Notes: generated by a model not told the origin, from the letters alone. A DNA stretch of 64,000 bases from Thiomicrorhabdus sp. (GCA_015487495.1 WFPP01000106.1:609-64608); one strand, 5' to 3'. Positions 40,189 through 51,243 are shown, numbered from the stretch's first letter. Translations and numbers: made by a program.

Positions 40189-40917
40189 ATGACTAGCAGT
40201 AACCACGTTTCTCTAAACCAAAGCAATGTTGATCAAGCTGAACTGGACAATTTTAATCGACTGTCCAGCACTTGGTGGGATAAAGAGGGCGAATTCAGTG
40301 CTCTGCATAAAATAAATCCGTATCGCATTGAGTTTATTGAAAAATTTACCCCCCTTAATGAAAAGCACATTGTGGATATTGGTTGTGGTGGCGGTATTTT
40401 ATCCGAAGCCTTAGCCAAAAAAGGGGCACAAGTTACAGGCATTGACCTTGCAAAAGAAGTCTTAACAGTGGCTAAATTACACAGCTTGGACAGTGGTGTT
40501 AAAGTCGATTATCAACTGGTTTCTGCTGAACAATACGCGCAACAACATGCACAACAACACGATATAGTCACCTGCATGGAAATGCTGGAACACGTTCCCG
40601 ACCCTCAGTCCATTATTCAAGCCGCTACCGACTGTGCCAAACCTGGTGGCTGGATTTTTTTCTCCACGCTAAATCGAAACTATAAATCCTATCTGCTTGC
40701 CATCGTTGCTGCCGAACGCCTATTAAACCTTGTCCCCAAAGGCACGCATACCCACGAAAAATTCATCACCCCTGCCGAAATGGATACCATGGCTCGTCAA
40801 GCAAATTTGTATTTACGTGACAGTGCGGGTATTGAGTTCAATCCCCTATTAAACCAATATGGATTAAGTGAGAATGTAGATGTAAACTATTTACTCGCCT
40901 ATCAAAAAGGGGTTTAA
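40189..40917 (+). CDS. ubiG: Ubiquinone biosynthesis O-methyltransferase
   Basis: WWD.EGEFSALHKINP, DIGCGGG, CMEMLEHVPDP, GTHTHEKFITP. Confidence 0.96.
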   Translation: MTSSNHVSLNQSNVDQAELDNFNRLSSTWWDKEGEFSALHKINPYRIEFIEKFTPLNEKHIVDIGCGGGILSEALAKKGAQVTGIDLAKEVLTVAKLHSLDSGVKVDYQLVSAEQYAQQHAQQHDIVTCMEMLEHVPDPQSIIQAATDCAKPGGWIFFSTLNRNYKSYLLAIVAAERLLNLVPKGTHTHEKFITPAEMDTMARQANLYLRDSAGIEFNPLLNQYGLSENVDVNYLLAYQKGV

Positions 40918-40925
40918 AAGGGTAT

Positions 40926-41588
40926 ATGTCCATGTCAATAAACTGTATTTTGTTTGACCTAGACGGCACATTGCTCGATACCTCCTACGACTTTGCCTAC
41001 GCTTTAAACCAAACATGCCGTGCATTTAATGTCCCCAGTTTACGTTATCAAGATCTTCGAAAAATTGTTTCTCAAGGGGGGCTGGCCATGACAAAACTGG
41101 CCTTTCCAGATATGGAAGGTGAGCCACTGGAAACACGCAAACAGTATTTTTTAAACACGTATTTTGAGAACATTGACCACCACACCCAAATATTCCCTGG
41201 GCTGGAAACTGGGTTACAAACTCTGGCAGACAAAAACATCCCTTGGGGCATTGTAACCAACAAACCAACATGGCTAACAGAAAAATTATTACAAAACATG
41301 CACTTTCCAACCTCACCCAAAGCCGTGGTGTGTGGTGACACACTCAATGTAAACAAACCCAATCCTGCCCCTTTACACCTGGCCGCTGAACAATGCAAAA
41401 CCCCGTCTCAAAACTGTTTATATATCGGAGATCATTTACGAGATATTGAGGCAGGCAACCGTGCAGGCATGCAAACCGCTGCCGCTATGTTTGGCTATAT
41501 TTTAGATGCACCCAATGCACCCAGATGGCCTGCCCATCATTTTTTTGAAACACCTTATGAAATCAGTCAATACTTTAAGACATTGTAA
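40926..41588 (+). CDS. gph: HAD phosphatase (phosphoglycolate phosphatase/MupP-like)
   Basis: FDLDGTLLDT, VTNKP, KPNPAP, IGDHLRDIEAG; ubiG-linked. Confidence 0.85.
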   Translation: MSMSINCILFDLDGTLLDTSYDFAYALNQTCRAFNVPSLRYQDLRKIVSQGGLAMTKLAFPDMEGEPLETRKQYFLNTYFENIDHHTQIFPGLETGLQTLADKNIPWGIVTNKPTWLTEKLLQNMHFPTSPKAVVCGDTLNVNKPNPAPLHLAAEQCKTPSQNCLYIGDHLRDIEAGNRAGMQTAAAMFGYILDAPNAPRWPAHHFFETPYEISQYFKTL

Positions 41589-41629
41589 ACTGTAATTCCC
41601 CCCCTACTAACCAATTTAGAGAGAAACAT

Positions 41630-42313
41630 ATGCAAACCTATTTAATTACTGGCGCAGCAGAAGGACTTGGCAAAGCACTGAGTACACACCTTGTTCATAA
41701 AGGGCATCAAGTCATTTTACTAGATAAAAATTTAAAAGCACTGAATGCACTGTATGATGAACTCAATTCAGAAAACGCAAGTCTATACCCAATGGATTTG
41801 CTCGGCGCGACCCCTGACCAATATGTGGATTTGCACGATAACATTCAAAAGTACACACATAAACTGGATGGCGTTATTTTAAATGCAACCACGCTACCCG
41901 CTTTTGCCACTCTGGAACATTTTGAAGCAAAACAATGGTACGAAATACTGCAAGTAAACTTAAATGCCAACTTTCATCTTATTCAAAATACCTTGCCACT
42001 ATTAAATAACGCCCCCACTGGTAAAATCATCGCCATACTGGATCAAAGCGTAATAGAACACCCTGCTTATTATGGAGCCTATGGCGTAGCAAAATCAGGA
42101 TTAAAACAACTGATGACCACTCTGGGATCTGAACAACGAAACACCCCATTAGAAGTCTATACAGCCACACTAAAAGCATTTGCAACCGCAACCAGAGGAC
42201 GGTTGTTTCCAGGAGAGAACCCAGGTAAGCTTCCCTCTCCAGAACAGGTCGCATTCCCCATAATAGACCATCTTTTAAAAAACAAACCCCACCCTGATAT
42301 TCAACGATTGTAA
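41630..42313 (+). CDS. YciK-like short-chain dehydrogenase/reductase
   Basis: TGAAEGLG Rossmann motif, YPMDL, YGAYGVAK catalytic YxxxK, LFPGENP. Confidence 0.85.
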   Translation: MQTYLITGAAEGLGKALSTHLVHKGHQVILLDKNLKALNALYDELNSENASLYPMDLLGATPDQYVDLHDNIQKYTHKLDGVILNATTLPAFATLEHFEAKQWYEILQVNLNANFHLIQNTLPLLNNAPTGKIIAILDQSVIEHPAYYGAYGVAKSGLKQLMTTLGSEQRNTPLEVYTATLKAFATATRGRLFPGENPGKLPSPEQVAFPIIDHLLKNKPHPDIQRL

Positions 42314-42387
42314 CGGTTTCAAATACTATGGTAAAAATGCATTCAGCGCCTTCCAAATTGCTCAAAAAAACGCTCTGTAACAATAGG

Positions 42388-43170
42388 TTATTCTTGCTTT
42401 TGCTTCGTTTTCAAAAAAGCCGCCAAGGTTTTATCGTATAACGGGAATTCAGAAAGATCATTATGTCCCGCATCAGGAATCACGACCACAGACACCTGCG
42501 CTTCATTTTGACGTTGATAAAAAGCCTCAACCAATCGGTCACTGTGTTTTTTAGAAATAACCTGGTCTTGGCCAGCAATCACAATTAAAGTATTGGCATC
42601 AATCAAAGGAGCATGGTCAATAGAAGGGTACTTTTCAGTTAATAAAAAAGGCATAGGGAAAAAGGGGAAAACCGACTGTGCAACCGATTCAATGGCATCA
42701 AAAGGGGTAATTAAAACCAAGTTTCTGACTGCTCTTTGAGATGCCACAAACGTCGCAATACCACTTCCCAGACTTCGGCCAATCACGGAAACATCCGTAT
42801 ATTTTTGTGCCAAATCATCAAAAATAGCCAGTGCATCCGAATACAAATTTTCCTCTGAAGGCGTCCCAGTGCTGCCACCATAACCTCGGTATTTGACAAA
42901 ATAACTGGCATAATTAGGAAAACGTACCTTAAACACACCCGCGTTATGTTCCACCGCTTCTGCATTTCCCCCAAAATACAAAATTGCCTGCGATTTTTCT
43001 TGATTAACCGACACCACCTTTACCACAGCATCATCAAAGAAATAAGCCTCTTCTTTATGCAGATGCGTTAAGCTGGGAGGCGTAGGAAAGTAAATAAAGC
43101 GTTTTTGTTCAAAAAACAGATACCCTCCAATCAAAACATAAACCAATAGAGCAACCAGCAATACTTTCAT
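42388..43170 (-). CDS. Alpha/beta hydrolase with N-terminal membrane anchor
   Basis: YFGGNAE, YRGYG.S.G.PSE, GRSLG nucleophile, AGHNDL. Confidence 0.9.
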   Translation of the reverse strand: MKVLLVALLVYVLIGGYLFFEQKRFIYFPTPPSLTHLHKEEAYFFDDAVVKVVSVNQEKSQAILYFGGNAEAVEHNAGVFKVRFPNYASYFVKYRGYGGSTGTPSEENLYSDALAIFDDLAQKYTDVSVIGRSLGSGIATFVASQRAVRNLVLITPFDAIESVAQSVFPFFPMPFLLTEKYPSIDHAPLIDANTLIVIAGQDQVISKKHSDRLVEAFYQRQNEAQVSVVVIPDAGHNDLSEFPLYDKTLAAFLKTKQKQE

Positions 43171-43283
43171 AGCCTATCTCGCCTCCCATACTCAACAACC
43201 ATAATTAAAAAGACTGTATGAGACCTTTGCAGACGACAAGCAGGCAGGTTGCAGCCATGTTTATAAAAAGGCATTCACACGTA

Positions 43284-44948
43284 TCACACCTCTGCGACAA
43301 ACAATTTAGGTGCAGAATTTAATAGTGCTTTAGTATAAGGGTGGTTAGGGCGGTTCATAATTTGCTCTACTTCACCCTGCTCGACAATAATCCCTTCTTT
43401 CATGACAGCAACTTCATGTGCAATGGCAGGAATAATAGAGAGGTCGTGAGTAATAAATAAAAATGAAAGTTGATACGTTTGTTGCAAATCTTCAAGCAAT
43501 TTTAAAACCTGCGCTCTAACGGTCACATCTAATGCGCTGGTAGGTTCATCACAAATAATCAGTTCAGGCTCGACAGCCAAAGCTCTTGCAATTCCAATTC
43601 GTTGGCGTTGCCCACCTGAAAATTCATGTGGATAGCGATCTTTATGCTCGACAAGCAAACCAACTTGAGTTAACAGCAATTCAATGCGCAGGTCTTGTTC
43701 TGCTTTACTGCTTGGGCCAACTTGTAAACTCACCATCCCTTCCCGAATAATTTCTGCAATGGTCATGCGAGGGTTAAGAGCAGAAAAGGGATCTTGAAAA
43801 ATGACTTGCACTTGCTTGCGAAAAGGTTTCATCTGCTTTTCGGTGATGCGTGTAAAATCAACAGGGGTTGTAGAACTGACTCCTTCCATTTCAGAAACAG
43901 CAGAAGGGGGGGGGAAAAATTTAACCGAGCCTGATGTGCTGTCAACCAGCTTTAAAATTGCTTGCCCAATTGTACTTTTACCACTTCCGGACTCCCCAAC
44001 CAAAGCCAATGTTTGCCCTTTTTTAATCTGTAATGAGACGCCATCCACGGCTTTAACATGGTCAACAGTCCGTTGAAACAATCCTTTTTTAATTGGAAAA
44101 TGAACTTTTAAATCATTGAGTTGCAACAAAGTCTGTGATTCAACTTTAGCCTTAAAGGTATGATTGGGAATCGCATCAGACAATAACTGTTGAGTGTATG
44201 GGTGGGTTGGATTACGAAAAAACTCAACTTTTTCGGCCTGCTCTACAATTTCACCCTGTTTCATTACGGCAACATAATCGGCCATTTCATTAACCACACC
44301 CATGTCGTGAGTAATAAATAAAATGGACAATCCTCTCTGATCCCGAATGCGTTTTAAAAGTTGCAACACTTGCGCCTGAATGGTTACATCCAGAGCGGTA
44401 GTTGGTTCATCAGCAATAAGCAAGTCGGGTTCACAAGCCAGTGCCATAGCAATCATTACTCGTTGTTTTTGCCCACCTGAAAGCTGGTGCGGATACCAGT
44501 CATACCGTTCAACAGCCTTGGGAATACCCACTTCTTCAAACAAAGAAATTACCTTTTGTCTGGCTGCTTTGTTTCGTAAATTCAAATGCAACCTCAATAC
44601 CTCAGCCACTTGCTCCCCTACTTTCATTACAGGATTAAGTGAGGTCATCGGTTCTTGAAAAATCATGGCGACTTTTTTTCCCCGTATTTTTTGCATTTGA
44701 TATTCGGGCAATTGAAATAAATCGTCTTGATTTAAGATCACCGAACCAGAGTGCACATGCAATGCTTCCGGCAATAAACGCATAATAGCCAACGAAGTTA
44801 ATGATTTACCACTACCCGATTCACCTACCAGCGCAAAAATTTCTCCCCCCCCTATAGAGAAACTAATATTATGAATAAGCGAGGTTTCATTCACTAATAT
44901 TGTTAAGTTTTGAACGCTCAATACGGTTGTGGCTTTTTGTTCCATCAT
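43284..44948 (-). CDS. Peptide ABC transporter ATP-binding protein, two fused NBDs (YejF-like)
   Basis: Two GESGSGKS Walker A, LSGGQKQR / FSGGQRQR signatures, DEPT Walker B. Confidence 0.95.
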   Translation of the reverse strand: MMEQKATTVLSVQNLTILVNETSLIHNISFSIGGGEIFALVGESGSGKSLTSLAIMRLLPEALHVHSGSVILNQDDLFQLPEYQMQKIRGKKVAMIFQEPMTSLNPVMKVGEQVAEVLRLHLNLRNKAARQKVISLFEEVGIPKAVERYDWYPHQLSGGQKQRVMIAMALACEPDLLIADEPTTALDVTIQAQVLQLLKRIRDQRGLSILFITHDMGVVNEMADYVAVMKQGEIVEQAEKVEFFRNPTHPYTQQLLSDAIPNHTFKAKVESQTLLQLNDLKVHFPIKKGLFQRTVDHVKAVDGVSLQIKKGQTLALVGESGSGKSTIGQAILKLVDSTSGSVKFFPPPSAVSEMEGVSSTTPVDFTRITEKQMKPFRKQVQVIFQDPFSALNPRMTIAEIIREGMVSLQVGPSSKAEQDLRIELLLTQVGLLVEHKDRYPHEFSGGQRQRIGIARALAVEPELIICDEPTSALDVTVRAQVLKLLEDLQQTYQLSFLFITHDLSIIPAIAHEVAVMKEGIIVEQGEVEQIMNRPNHPYTKALLNSAPKLFVAEV

Positions 44949-44970
44949 AATGTGTCTTATCTTTTCTTAT

Positions 44971-46383
44971 TTAATTCTTTCGTCTTGGATCTAAAACCGT
45001 TTGCACTCGATCTGAAAAGAGATTCGCGGCCAATACCAGTGTAAACATAAAGGCAAACGCTGAAAACAATGACCACCAAACCATCGGTTCACGTGCCATT
45101 TCAAGTCGAGCCTGATTAATCATATTTCCCCAACTGGAAGTGGTTGGATCAACCCCTACGCCAACGTAAGTCAGAACAGCTTCCGCTAAAACCAACGCAC
45201 TAAAATCCAGAACTAAAGCAATTAAGACTAAATGCATTAAGTTTGGGGTAATGTGGTTTTTAATAATTTTAAATGGCCCTAACCCAAATGACTTGGCTGC
45301 ATTAACATATTCAACTTGGCTGATTTTTAACGTCTCGGCACGTAATAAACGACACAAACCGGTCCAACTGGTTAACCCTAAAATTAAAATTAAAAACAAT
45401 AAACGCAAATCCGCACGCTCTTCGGTCGTGCCAAACCAGTCACTGTGATTACTCATCATAACCTGCATAACCAGAACAGCGGCAGCAATCAGTAGCACGC
45501 CCGGAATGGAATTTAAAGTGGTATACAAATACTGAATCACATCATCAACCCAACCTTTAAAGTACCCTGCACTAATACCTAAAATCAAAGCCAGTGGCAA
45601 CATAACCAATGTGGTTAATAAGCCAATCAAAACCCCCGTTCGTATGCTTTTCACTGCTTGATACAAAACATCTTGTCCAACCTTATCAGTGCCAAGAACA
45701 TGATAAAACTGACTTAAATAATAGAACCAGCTGAACAGAAAAAACAACAAAAACAATGTAAGGTAAGCCGCTCCCCAAGGCAATTCGTTTTCAGGATCGG
45801 GTTGGTTTTCATAATAGTCAATGTAGTTTCCGCGCGTTTGAATAAACCCCCAACTTAAGTGAATAATAAAAATAATCGCAATTAATAAACAACTAAACAA
45901 AAAAGGCAGTGCCGTTTTTACCATGACATCATCCAGTACTGAACGCCCTTCCTTCAAGTGTTGGCCTCCAAATTGTAACGGACGGTATACTTGTGAAACC
46001 TCTCCTGCCTCATCATAACTGAGTGACGTACTGTATTCATGCGTTGCAAATGGAGCCGAATACGTTCGTTCGGTTTGATCTCTAAGGTGTTGTAATAATA
46101 AATCTAAAACACTTAACACGCCTTGATTATGCACAGGCGCACTGCTTGCTTCAACAGAAGCGGTTGATTGCGTTGGGGTAAACTGAAAATGCACCGAATC
46201 CAGCAGAGCAAGTAACAAATAAAAACTTAATACAATGGCCGCTGACATTGCAATTGGAGATTTTAATATCTGAAACCACTGTTTTCGGGACTGTTCAGAA
46301 CGGCGAATTGAGCGAATGGCTCCTATTAAAGCCAACATTAATACCCAAACCAACATGTCTGTCCATAACCATACAAAACTCAT
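44971..46383 (-). CDS. Peptide ABC transporter permease (DppC/YejE-like, with insertion)
   Basis: LGTDKVGQD, EYVNAAKSFG EAA loop, AEAVLTYVGVG. Confidence 0.93.
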   Translation of the reverse strand: MSFVWLWTDMLVWVLMLALIGAIRSIRRSEQSRKQWFQILKSPIAMSAAIVLSFYLLLALLDSVHFQFTPTQSTASVEASSAPVHNQGVLSVLDLLLQHLRDQTERTYSAPFATHEYSTSLSYDEAGEVSQVYRPLQFGGQHLKEGRSVLDDVMVKTALPFLFSCLLIAIIFIIHLSWGFIQTRGNYIDYYENQPDPENELPWGAAYLTLFLLFFLFSWFYYLSQFYHVLGTDKVGQDVLYQAVKSIRTGVLIGLLTTLVMLPLALILGISAGYFKGWVDDVIQYLYTTLNSIPGVLLIAAAVLVMQVMMSNHSDWFGTTEERADLRLLFLILILGLTSWTGLCRLLRAETLKISQVEYVNAAKSFGLGPFKIIKNHITPNLMHLVLIALVLDFSALVLAEAVLTYVGVGVDPTTSSWGNMINQARLEMAREPMVWWSLFSAFAFMFTLVLAANLFSDRVQTVLDPRRKN

Positions 46384-47357
46384 GATAGCTTCACTCTTGG
46401 ATCAAAAAAAGTATACGAAATGTCTGTTAAAATTAATCCCAATATATATAACACCGACCCTAAAAAAACCATCGCTTTTACAATACCAAAGTCCTGAGCA
46501 TTAATGGCATCAATGGTATAGCTTCCCAAACCTGGAATGCCAAAAAAAGATTCCATAATCAGGCTGCCCATAAATAAAGTGGGAATGATCACCACCACGC
46601 CCGTTAAAATTGGCAACATACCATTATGCAAGACATGCCCGAACAATACCTTAATATCAGACAACCCTTTGGCTTTTGCGGTTCGTACATAGTCCTTCCC
46701 CATTTCTTCCAAAAAGATACTGCGATACCAGCGAACCCCTGCACCAATACCCGCAAAGACCCCAATTAAAATAGGTAAAATTAAAAACTTAATTCCTTCC
46801 CACCCTCCGGTGTATCCCGAAATAGGCACCCAATGCCAAATTTTACTAAACAACACTTGGCCAGCAATAATGTAAAACAGCCCTGAAATGGACATAATCG
46901 CCACCGCCACCATCATCGTCGCTGTATCCAGCGCAGACCCTCTAAACAGGACAATAAGCAATGCCAGAGCAATATTTGTGACCAGACCAATCACAAAAGT
47001 AGGCAAGGCAATGGATAAGCTAGGCCCCATACGCTCTTGAATGTCAGCGGATATTTGGCGACCAGAATCGGATTGCCCAAAATCAAATGCAAATAATTTT
47101 AATGACTCTTGCACAAACAACGTTTGTTGTATCGCATCCAGACCAGATGCTTCCCAGTTAAAAAACAGTGGCTTATCATAGCCATTTTCCACTTTCCAGG
47201 ATTGAATCATCTCTGGCGTGGTTTGTTTGGCACCCAACTGGGCACGCGCCATATCATCTGGCGTATTTACCATAAAAAACAAGGCAAACGTAATAAAATT
47301 CACCCCAATTAAAATGGGCACGGCCAATAAAAAGCGTTTTACAATATAAGCAAACAT
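46380..47357 (-). CDS. Peptide ABC transporter permease (DppB/YejB-like)
   Basis: YIVKRFL, DYVRTAKAKGL, ESFFGIPGLG. Confidence 0.95.
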   Translation of the reverse strand: MFAYIVKRFLLAVPILIGVNFITFALFFMVNTPDDMARAQLGAKQTTPEMIQSWKVENGYDKPLFFNWEASGLDAIQQTLFVQESLKLFAFDFGQSDSGRQISADIQERMGPSLSIALPTFVIGLVTNIALALLIVLFRGSALDTATMMVAVAIMSISGLFYIIAGQVLFSKIWHWVPISGYTGGWEGIKFLILPILIGVFAGIGAGVRWYRSIFLEEMGKDYVRTAKAKGLSDIKVLFGHVLHNGMLPILTGVVVIIPTLFMGSLIMESFFGIPGLGSYTIDAINAQDFGIVKAMVFLGSVLYILGLILTDISYTFFDPRVKLS

Positions 47358-47362
47358 AAGCG

Positions 47363-49639
47363 CTAAAATTTTCCTTGATAAGAACGATTTTCAAAACCCT
47401 CTTTCTGAGCGGTTACAACAGCTTCTTGACGTCGCCGATACGCTTTCCACAATGGGTAAAAGCTCAATAACACAATCAACCCCACAACAATAAATGGCCA
47501 AATAGCCGGTACATTCCATTGAGCTTGTTTTTCGGCACGCTCTTTTGCATCAATCCGACGGTATTTAATGGTATTGTTTGCAAGTGGGTTAGGCCAAACA
47601 TTATGCAACCAACTGTGATACAGCGAAAGCGACTTAGGATAATACCCCCATGCCCACGGTGCATCCTGTTGTGCAATACTTAACATTTTTTGAATGATCT
47701 CCAAACGCTCAGGGGTGTTTTCCATCGTTTTCATTTGTTGAAACAAGGCATTAAACTCAGGGTTATCATAATTCGCACCATTGATTCCCGAACCATTCGT
47801 GTTAATCGTTGCATTGGCACCATAAAGTAAAAATAAAAAGTTTTCAGGATCTGGATAGTCCGCATTCCATCCCCATGAAAACAGTTGCACTTTAGCTTTA
47901 CGAACCTTGTCTTGAAAACGATTATAATCTGTCGCACGAATAACCAGTTCAACCCCTAGCTGTGCAAACTGTTTACGATACCAATTTAACATCGACTGAC
48001 TATCAGGGCCGGTTGCAGCTGTATCATAATGTAATGTAAGAGGCTTGCCATCTGAACCAATGCCATTTGGGTAACCCGCTTGCGCTAACAACTGCTTTGC
48101 AACCTCAATCGATTTACGTTGCAAACGTCCCTCTTTCCAGTCATAAACCACCGGATTTAAACCCGCTTTCCCCTCCTGATATCCAAAAATACCTGGAGGA
48201 ATAGGACCTTGTGCGACCTCACCACGCCCATTCAAAAAAATAGAAATATACTCTTCAAAATGAAGAGCAATGCTCAGAGCCTGACGCAATTTCTGCTGTT
48301 TTTCACTGTAGCCACCCACAATAGGATCAGCCATATTAAAAGCAAAATACATAACCGTTGGTTGCACAATATTTAAAAACTGAATGCCTTTTTTCTGCAT
48401 TTCAGGGGTTAGGCTCAAATTGCCCGTACTGGAAACCGCAACGGCTTGATCAAAGCTATCAGAACTCACCCCAGATGCATCGTAATACCCTTGCAAAAAC
48501 TTATTCCACAAAGGAACACTCTCTTTTTCAAGCGAATACACCACCTCTTTTATAAAAGGTAATGGCTTGCCCGCATCCAGTAATAACGAAGGATCGGCGC
48601 CTTCAACCAACCCATCCTCAGGATAATACTCAACCCGATAATTTGGGTTGACCAACAACCTCATGCGTTTATTTGGATTATTTTCGATCAAATAATACGC
48701 ACCCGTTCCTACGGGTGAGGTATCCAAAGTAATGTTTTTTTCAACCAAAACACGTTGTTTATAAAACGCTTCCGCCTCCCAAGGAATCGGGGCAAAAAAA
48801 TTCATGGTCAACCAATATAAAAACTGGGGGTACTTTCCTTTAACCACAATTTTATAGCGATACCGATCAATGACTTGTACGCCATCTATATCAAATTGAT
48901 TTAAATCAAAAAAATAAGTTTTAGCTGATGCCTTTTGAGTTTTTAATTCCGTTTTTAAACGTTCAGACATCGATTTTGAATACGCCTCCAACCCATCAAT
49001 ATATGGAATCATCGAATCTAAAACAGGCGAATGATTTTGCCTTAGTGCCATACGCTTAATGGCATACACATAATCTTGAGCTTGTAACTCACGCGTTGCT
49101 AACGATTTAAAGTCCATAACAGAGTCAATTCCATCAACCTCCTGTTCTGTTAAGTTGTGATATAAAAACGCCCCCTTTTCGTCTTTTGAAAATGCTGGAT
49201 GAGGCTGAAACTGAATCCCCTGCTTTAAGGTAAAAACATACTCTGTAAATGCCAGCGCCTTACTGTCTGCCGAAACCACTTGACGGGTGTTATCCAAATA
49301 CCGAATTTCAGGCATTTTATCAAGCGTTAAAGGTTCCAGTGCATAGGGGCGCTTTAAATAATGGTACTGTAATGGTGGCTCATACACTTGGCTTAAAATC
49401 GCCCACTCATTCGAGTTATATGAAATAACAGGATCTAAATGTTTAGGAGATTGACTAAAAGCATTAAACAGGGTGGGCGAAGCCACTTGTTCAGAGCGGT
49501 ATGGGCTGTTCCAGTTGCTGGCAACAGCAGAAGAGAGATAACCAAACAAAAACATCAAAAAAAAGGGCCATAAAGGCCAAACAATGCTTAAACGGTTTTT
49601 ACGAGCAGGTAAATTGTTAAAATGATTTGCCATTAACAA
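47363..49639 (-). CDS. Family 5 ABC substrate-binding protein, large, with C-terminal TM anchor
   Basis: Signal peptide, KHLDPVISY, YEPPLQY, PVGTGAY, GWNADYPDPENFL; hydrophobic C-terminal helix then RRR. Confidence 0.9.
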   Translation of the reverse strand: MLMANHFNNLPARKNRLSIVWPLWPFFLMFLFGYLSSAVASNWNSPYRSEQVASPTLFNAFSQSPKHLDPVISYNSNEWAILSQVYEPPLQYHYLKRPYALEPLTLDKMPEIRYLDNTRQVVSADSKALAFTEYVFTLKQGIQFQPHPAFSKDEKGAFLYHNLTEQEVDGIDSVMDFKSLATRELQAQDYVYAIKRMALRQNHSPVLDSMIPYIDGLEAYSKSMSERLKTELKTQKASAKTYFFDLNQFDIDGVQVIDRYRYKIVVKGKYPQFLYWLTMNFFAPIPWEAEAFYKQRVLVEKNITLDTSPVGTGAYYLIENNPNKRMRLLVNPNYRVEYYPEDGLVEGADPSLLLDAGKPLPFIKEVVYSLEKESVPLWNKFLQGYYDASGVSSDSFDQAVAVSSTGNLSLTPEMQKKGIQFLNIVQPTVMYFAFNMADPIVGGYSEKQQKLRQALSIALHFEEYISIFLNGRGEVAQGPIPPGIFGYQEGKAGLNPVVYDWKEGRLQRKSIEVAKQLLAQAGYPNGIGSDGKPLTLHYDTAATGPDSQSMLNWYRKQFAQLGVELVIRATDYNRFQDKVRKAKVQLFSWGWNADYPDPENFLFLLYGANATINTNGSGINGANYDNPEFNALFQQMKTMENTPERLEIIQKMLSIAQQDAPWAWGYYPKSLSLYHSWLHNVWPNPLANNTIKYRRIDAKERAEKQAQWNVPAIWPFIVVGLIVLLSFYPLWKAYRRRQEAVVTAQKEGFENRSYQGKF

Positions 49640-49786
49640 ATAAATTCCTTTAAGGTTTTGCCTATATCACACAGGATTTAACGGTTATAATGCCTCTAAA
49701 TTTATAACACATCATACGTTATTTTGAACCAAATTAGATGTAATTTACAGGCCAATTTATAGGCACAAACCGCTTGGAGAGAGAAT

Positions 49787-50566
49787 ATGGGATTTCTAAC
49801 AGGAAAAAAAGCATTAATTATTGGAGTCGCAAACAATAAATCCATTGCATATGGTATTGCTAAACAAATGCATGCACAAGGCGCAGAAATTGCCCTGACC
49901 TATCAAAATGAAAAACTAAAAAGCCGTGTTGAAAAAGTGGCAAGCGAACTGGGTTCGTCTATTGTTTTACCACTTGATGTCGCCAGTGATACCGAAATCA
50001 AACAAACATTTTCAGAGCTTGGCTCCCTGTGGACCGAAGGATTAGACATACTGGTACACTCTGTTGCCTTCGCCCCTCGCGAAGAGCTTGAAGGTCGTAT
50101 GATTGATGCCTCAACACGTGAAGGGTTTGCCATCGCGCATGACATCAGTGCTTACAGCTTAACCGCCTGCACCAAAGCCGCTTATGAAATGCTAAAAGCC
50201 AAAAAAGGCTCTGTTTTAACGCTCTCCTACTTAGGTGCAGAACGCGCTGTTCCAAATTACAATGTCATGGGTGTTGCCAAAGCTTCTTTAGAAGCGACAG
50301 TACGTTATTTAGCTGCCGACCTAGGGCAAGATGGTATTCGCGTCAATGCCGTTTCAGCTGGCCCGATTCGCACACTCGCCGCCGCAGGCATTAAAAACTT
50401 TAGAACCATGCTGGACAAAGCGGCCGATGCCACCCCGTTACGCCGTAATGTCACGATTGAAGAAGTTGGCAATACGGCCGCCTTCCTTTGCTCAGACCTC
50501 GCTTCGGGGGTGACTGGTGAAATCACTTATGTGGATGGTGGTTACAATATTACAGCTTCAACCTAG
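49787..50566 (+). CDS. fabI: Enoyl-ACP reductase
   Basis: [40 protein letters not shown]. Confidence 0.98.
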   Translation: MGFLTGKKALIIGVANNKSIAYGIAKQMHAQGAEIALTYQNEKLKSRVEKVASELGSSIVLPLDVASDTEIKQTFSELGSLWTEGLDILVHSVAFAPREELEGRMIDASTREGFAIAHDISAYSLTACTKAAYEMLKAKKGSVLTLSYLGAERAVPNYNVMGVAKASLEATVRYLAADLGQDGIRVNAVSAGPIRTLAAAGIKNFRTMLDKAADATPLRRNVTIEEVGNTAAFLCSDLASGVTGEITYVDGGYNITAST

Positions 50567-50707
50567 AAAAGCACTGATTAAAATACAACAATACAAACAA
50601 ACCACATTAAATAAATGATATGGTTTGTTTGTATCCACCTCTTCTGCTACCCTTCCGTTACAGTGTTTAATCGAAGCACAGAGAAACACAAAGCGCAACC
50701 ATAAAAC

Positions 50708-50740
50708 AAAAAAGCCACTATGACAAAATCATAGTGGCTT
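50708..50740 (-). terminator. Intrinsic terminator of Val/Asp tRNA operon
   Basis: AAGCCACTATGA-CAAAA-TCATAGTGGCTT with A tract on + (U tract on -). Confidence 0.88.
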
Positions 50741-50748
50741 CACAATAA

Positions 50749-50825
50749 TGGCGGAGCGGACGGGATTCGAACCCGCGACCTCCTGCGTGACAGGCAAGCA
50801 TTCTAACCAGCTGAACTACCGCTCC
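50749..50825 (-). tRNA. tRNA-Asp(GTC)
   Basis: GGAGCGG acceptor, CTTGC-CTGTCAC-GCAGG, CCA; 77 nt. Confidence 0.98.
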
Positions 50826-50833
50826 TAATTGTA

Positions 50834-50909
50834 TGGTGGGTGATACTGGGCTCGAACCAGTGACCCTCGCCTTGTAAGGGCGATGCTCTCCCAACTGAGC
50901 TAATCACCC
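50834..50909 (-). tRNA. tRNA-Val(TAC)
   Basis: GGGTGAT acceptor, TCGCC-CTTACAA-GGCGA, CCA; 76 nt. Confidence 0.98.
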
Positions 50910-51089
50910 TGGGATTTTCTAATATCATGATAAATGGCATTAGAATTTTCAGTCACGACACCTAGCCTTCTGAAAAGAAAAAATTCAATATCGTGACAAC
51001 TGTTATTACAAAATAAGAGACGAACAATCCTGAAAAAAGTCATGTCTATTTGCAATAAAAAAGCCCGCCTAAGCGTGCTTTATAAAATA

Positions 51090-51166
51090 TGGCGGAGCGG
51101 ACGGGATTCGAACCCGCGACCTCCTGCGTGACAGGCAAGCATTCTAACCAGCTGAACTACCGCTCC
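51090..51166 (-). tRNA. tRNA-Asp(GTC)
   Basis: Identical to 50749-50825. Confidence 0.98.
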
Positions 51167-51167
51167 G

Positions 51168-51243
51168 TGGTGGGTGATACTGGGCTCGAACCAGTGACCC
51201 TCGCCTTGTAAGGGCGATGCTCTCCCAACTGAGCTAATCACCC
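51168..51243 (-). tRNA. tRNA-Val(TAC)
   Basis: Identical to 50834-50909. Confidence 0.98.

Noticed and set aside
43220-43231. GAGACCTTTGCA resembling an IS1106-type end
   Set aside because: Only 12 bp with no partner IR found
48896-48909. Second perfect TTGAT-N4-ATCAA
   Set aside because: Deep inside the SBP coding sequence (FDLNQ), not near a promoter
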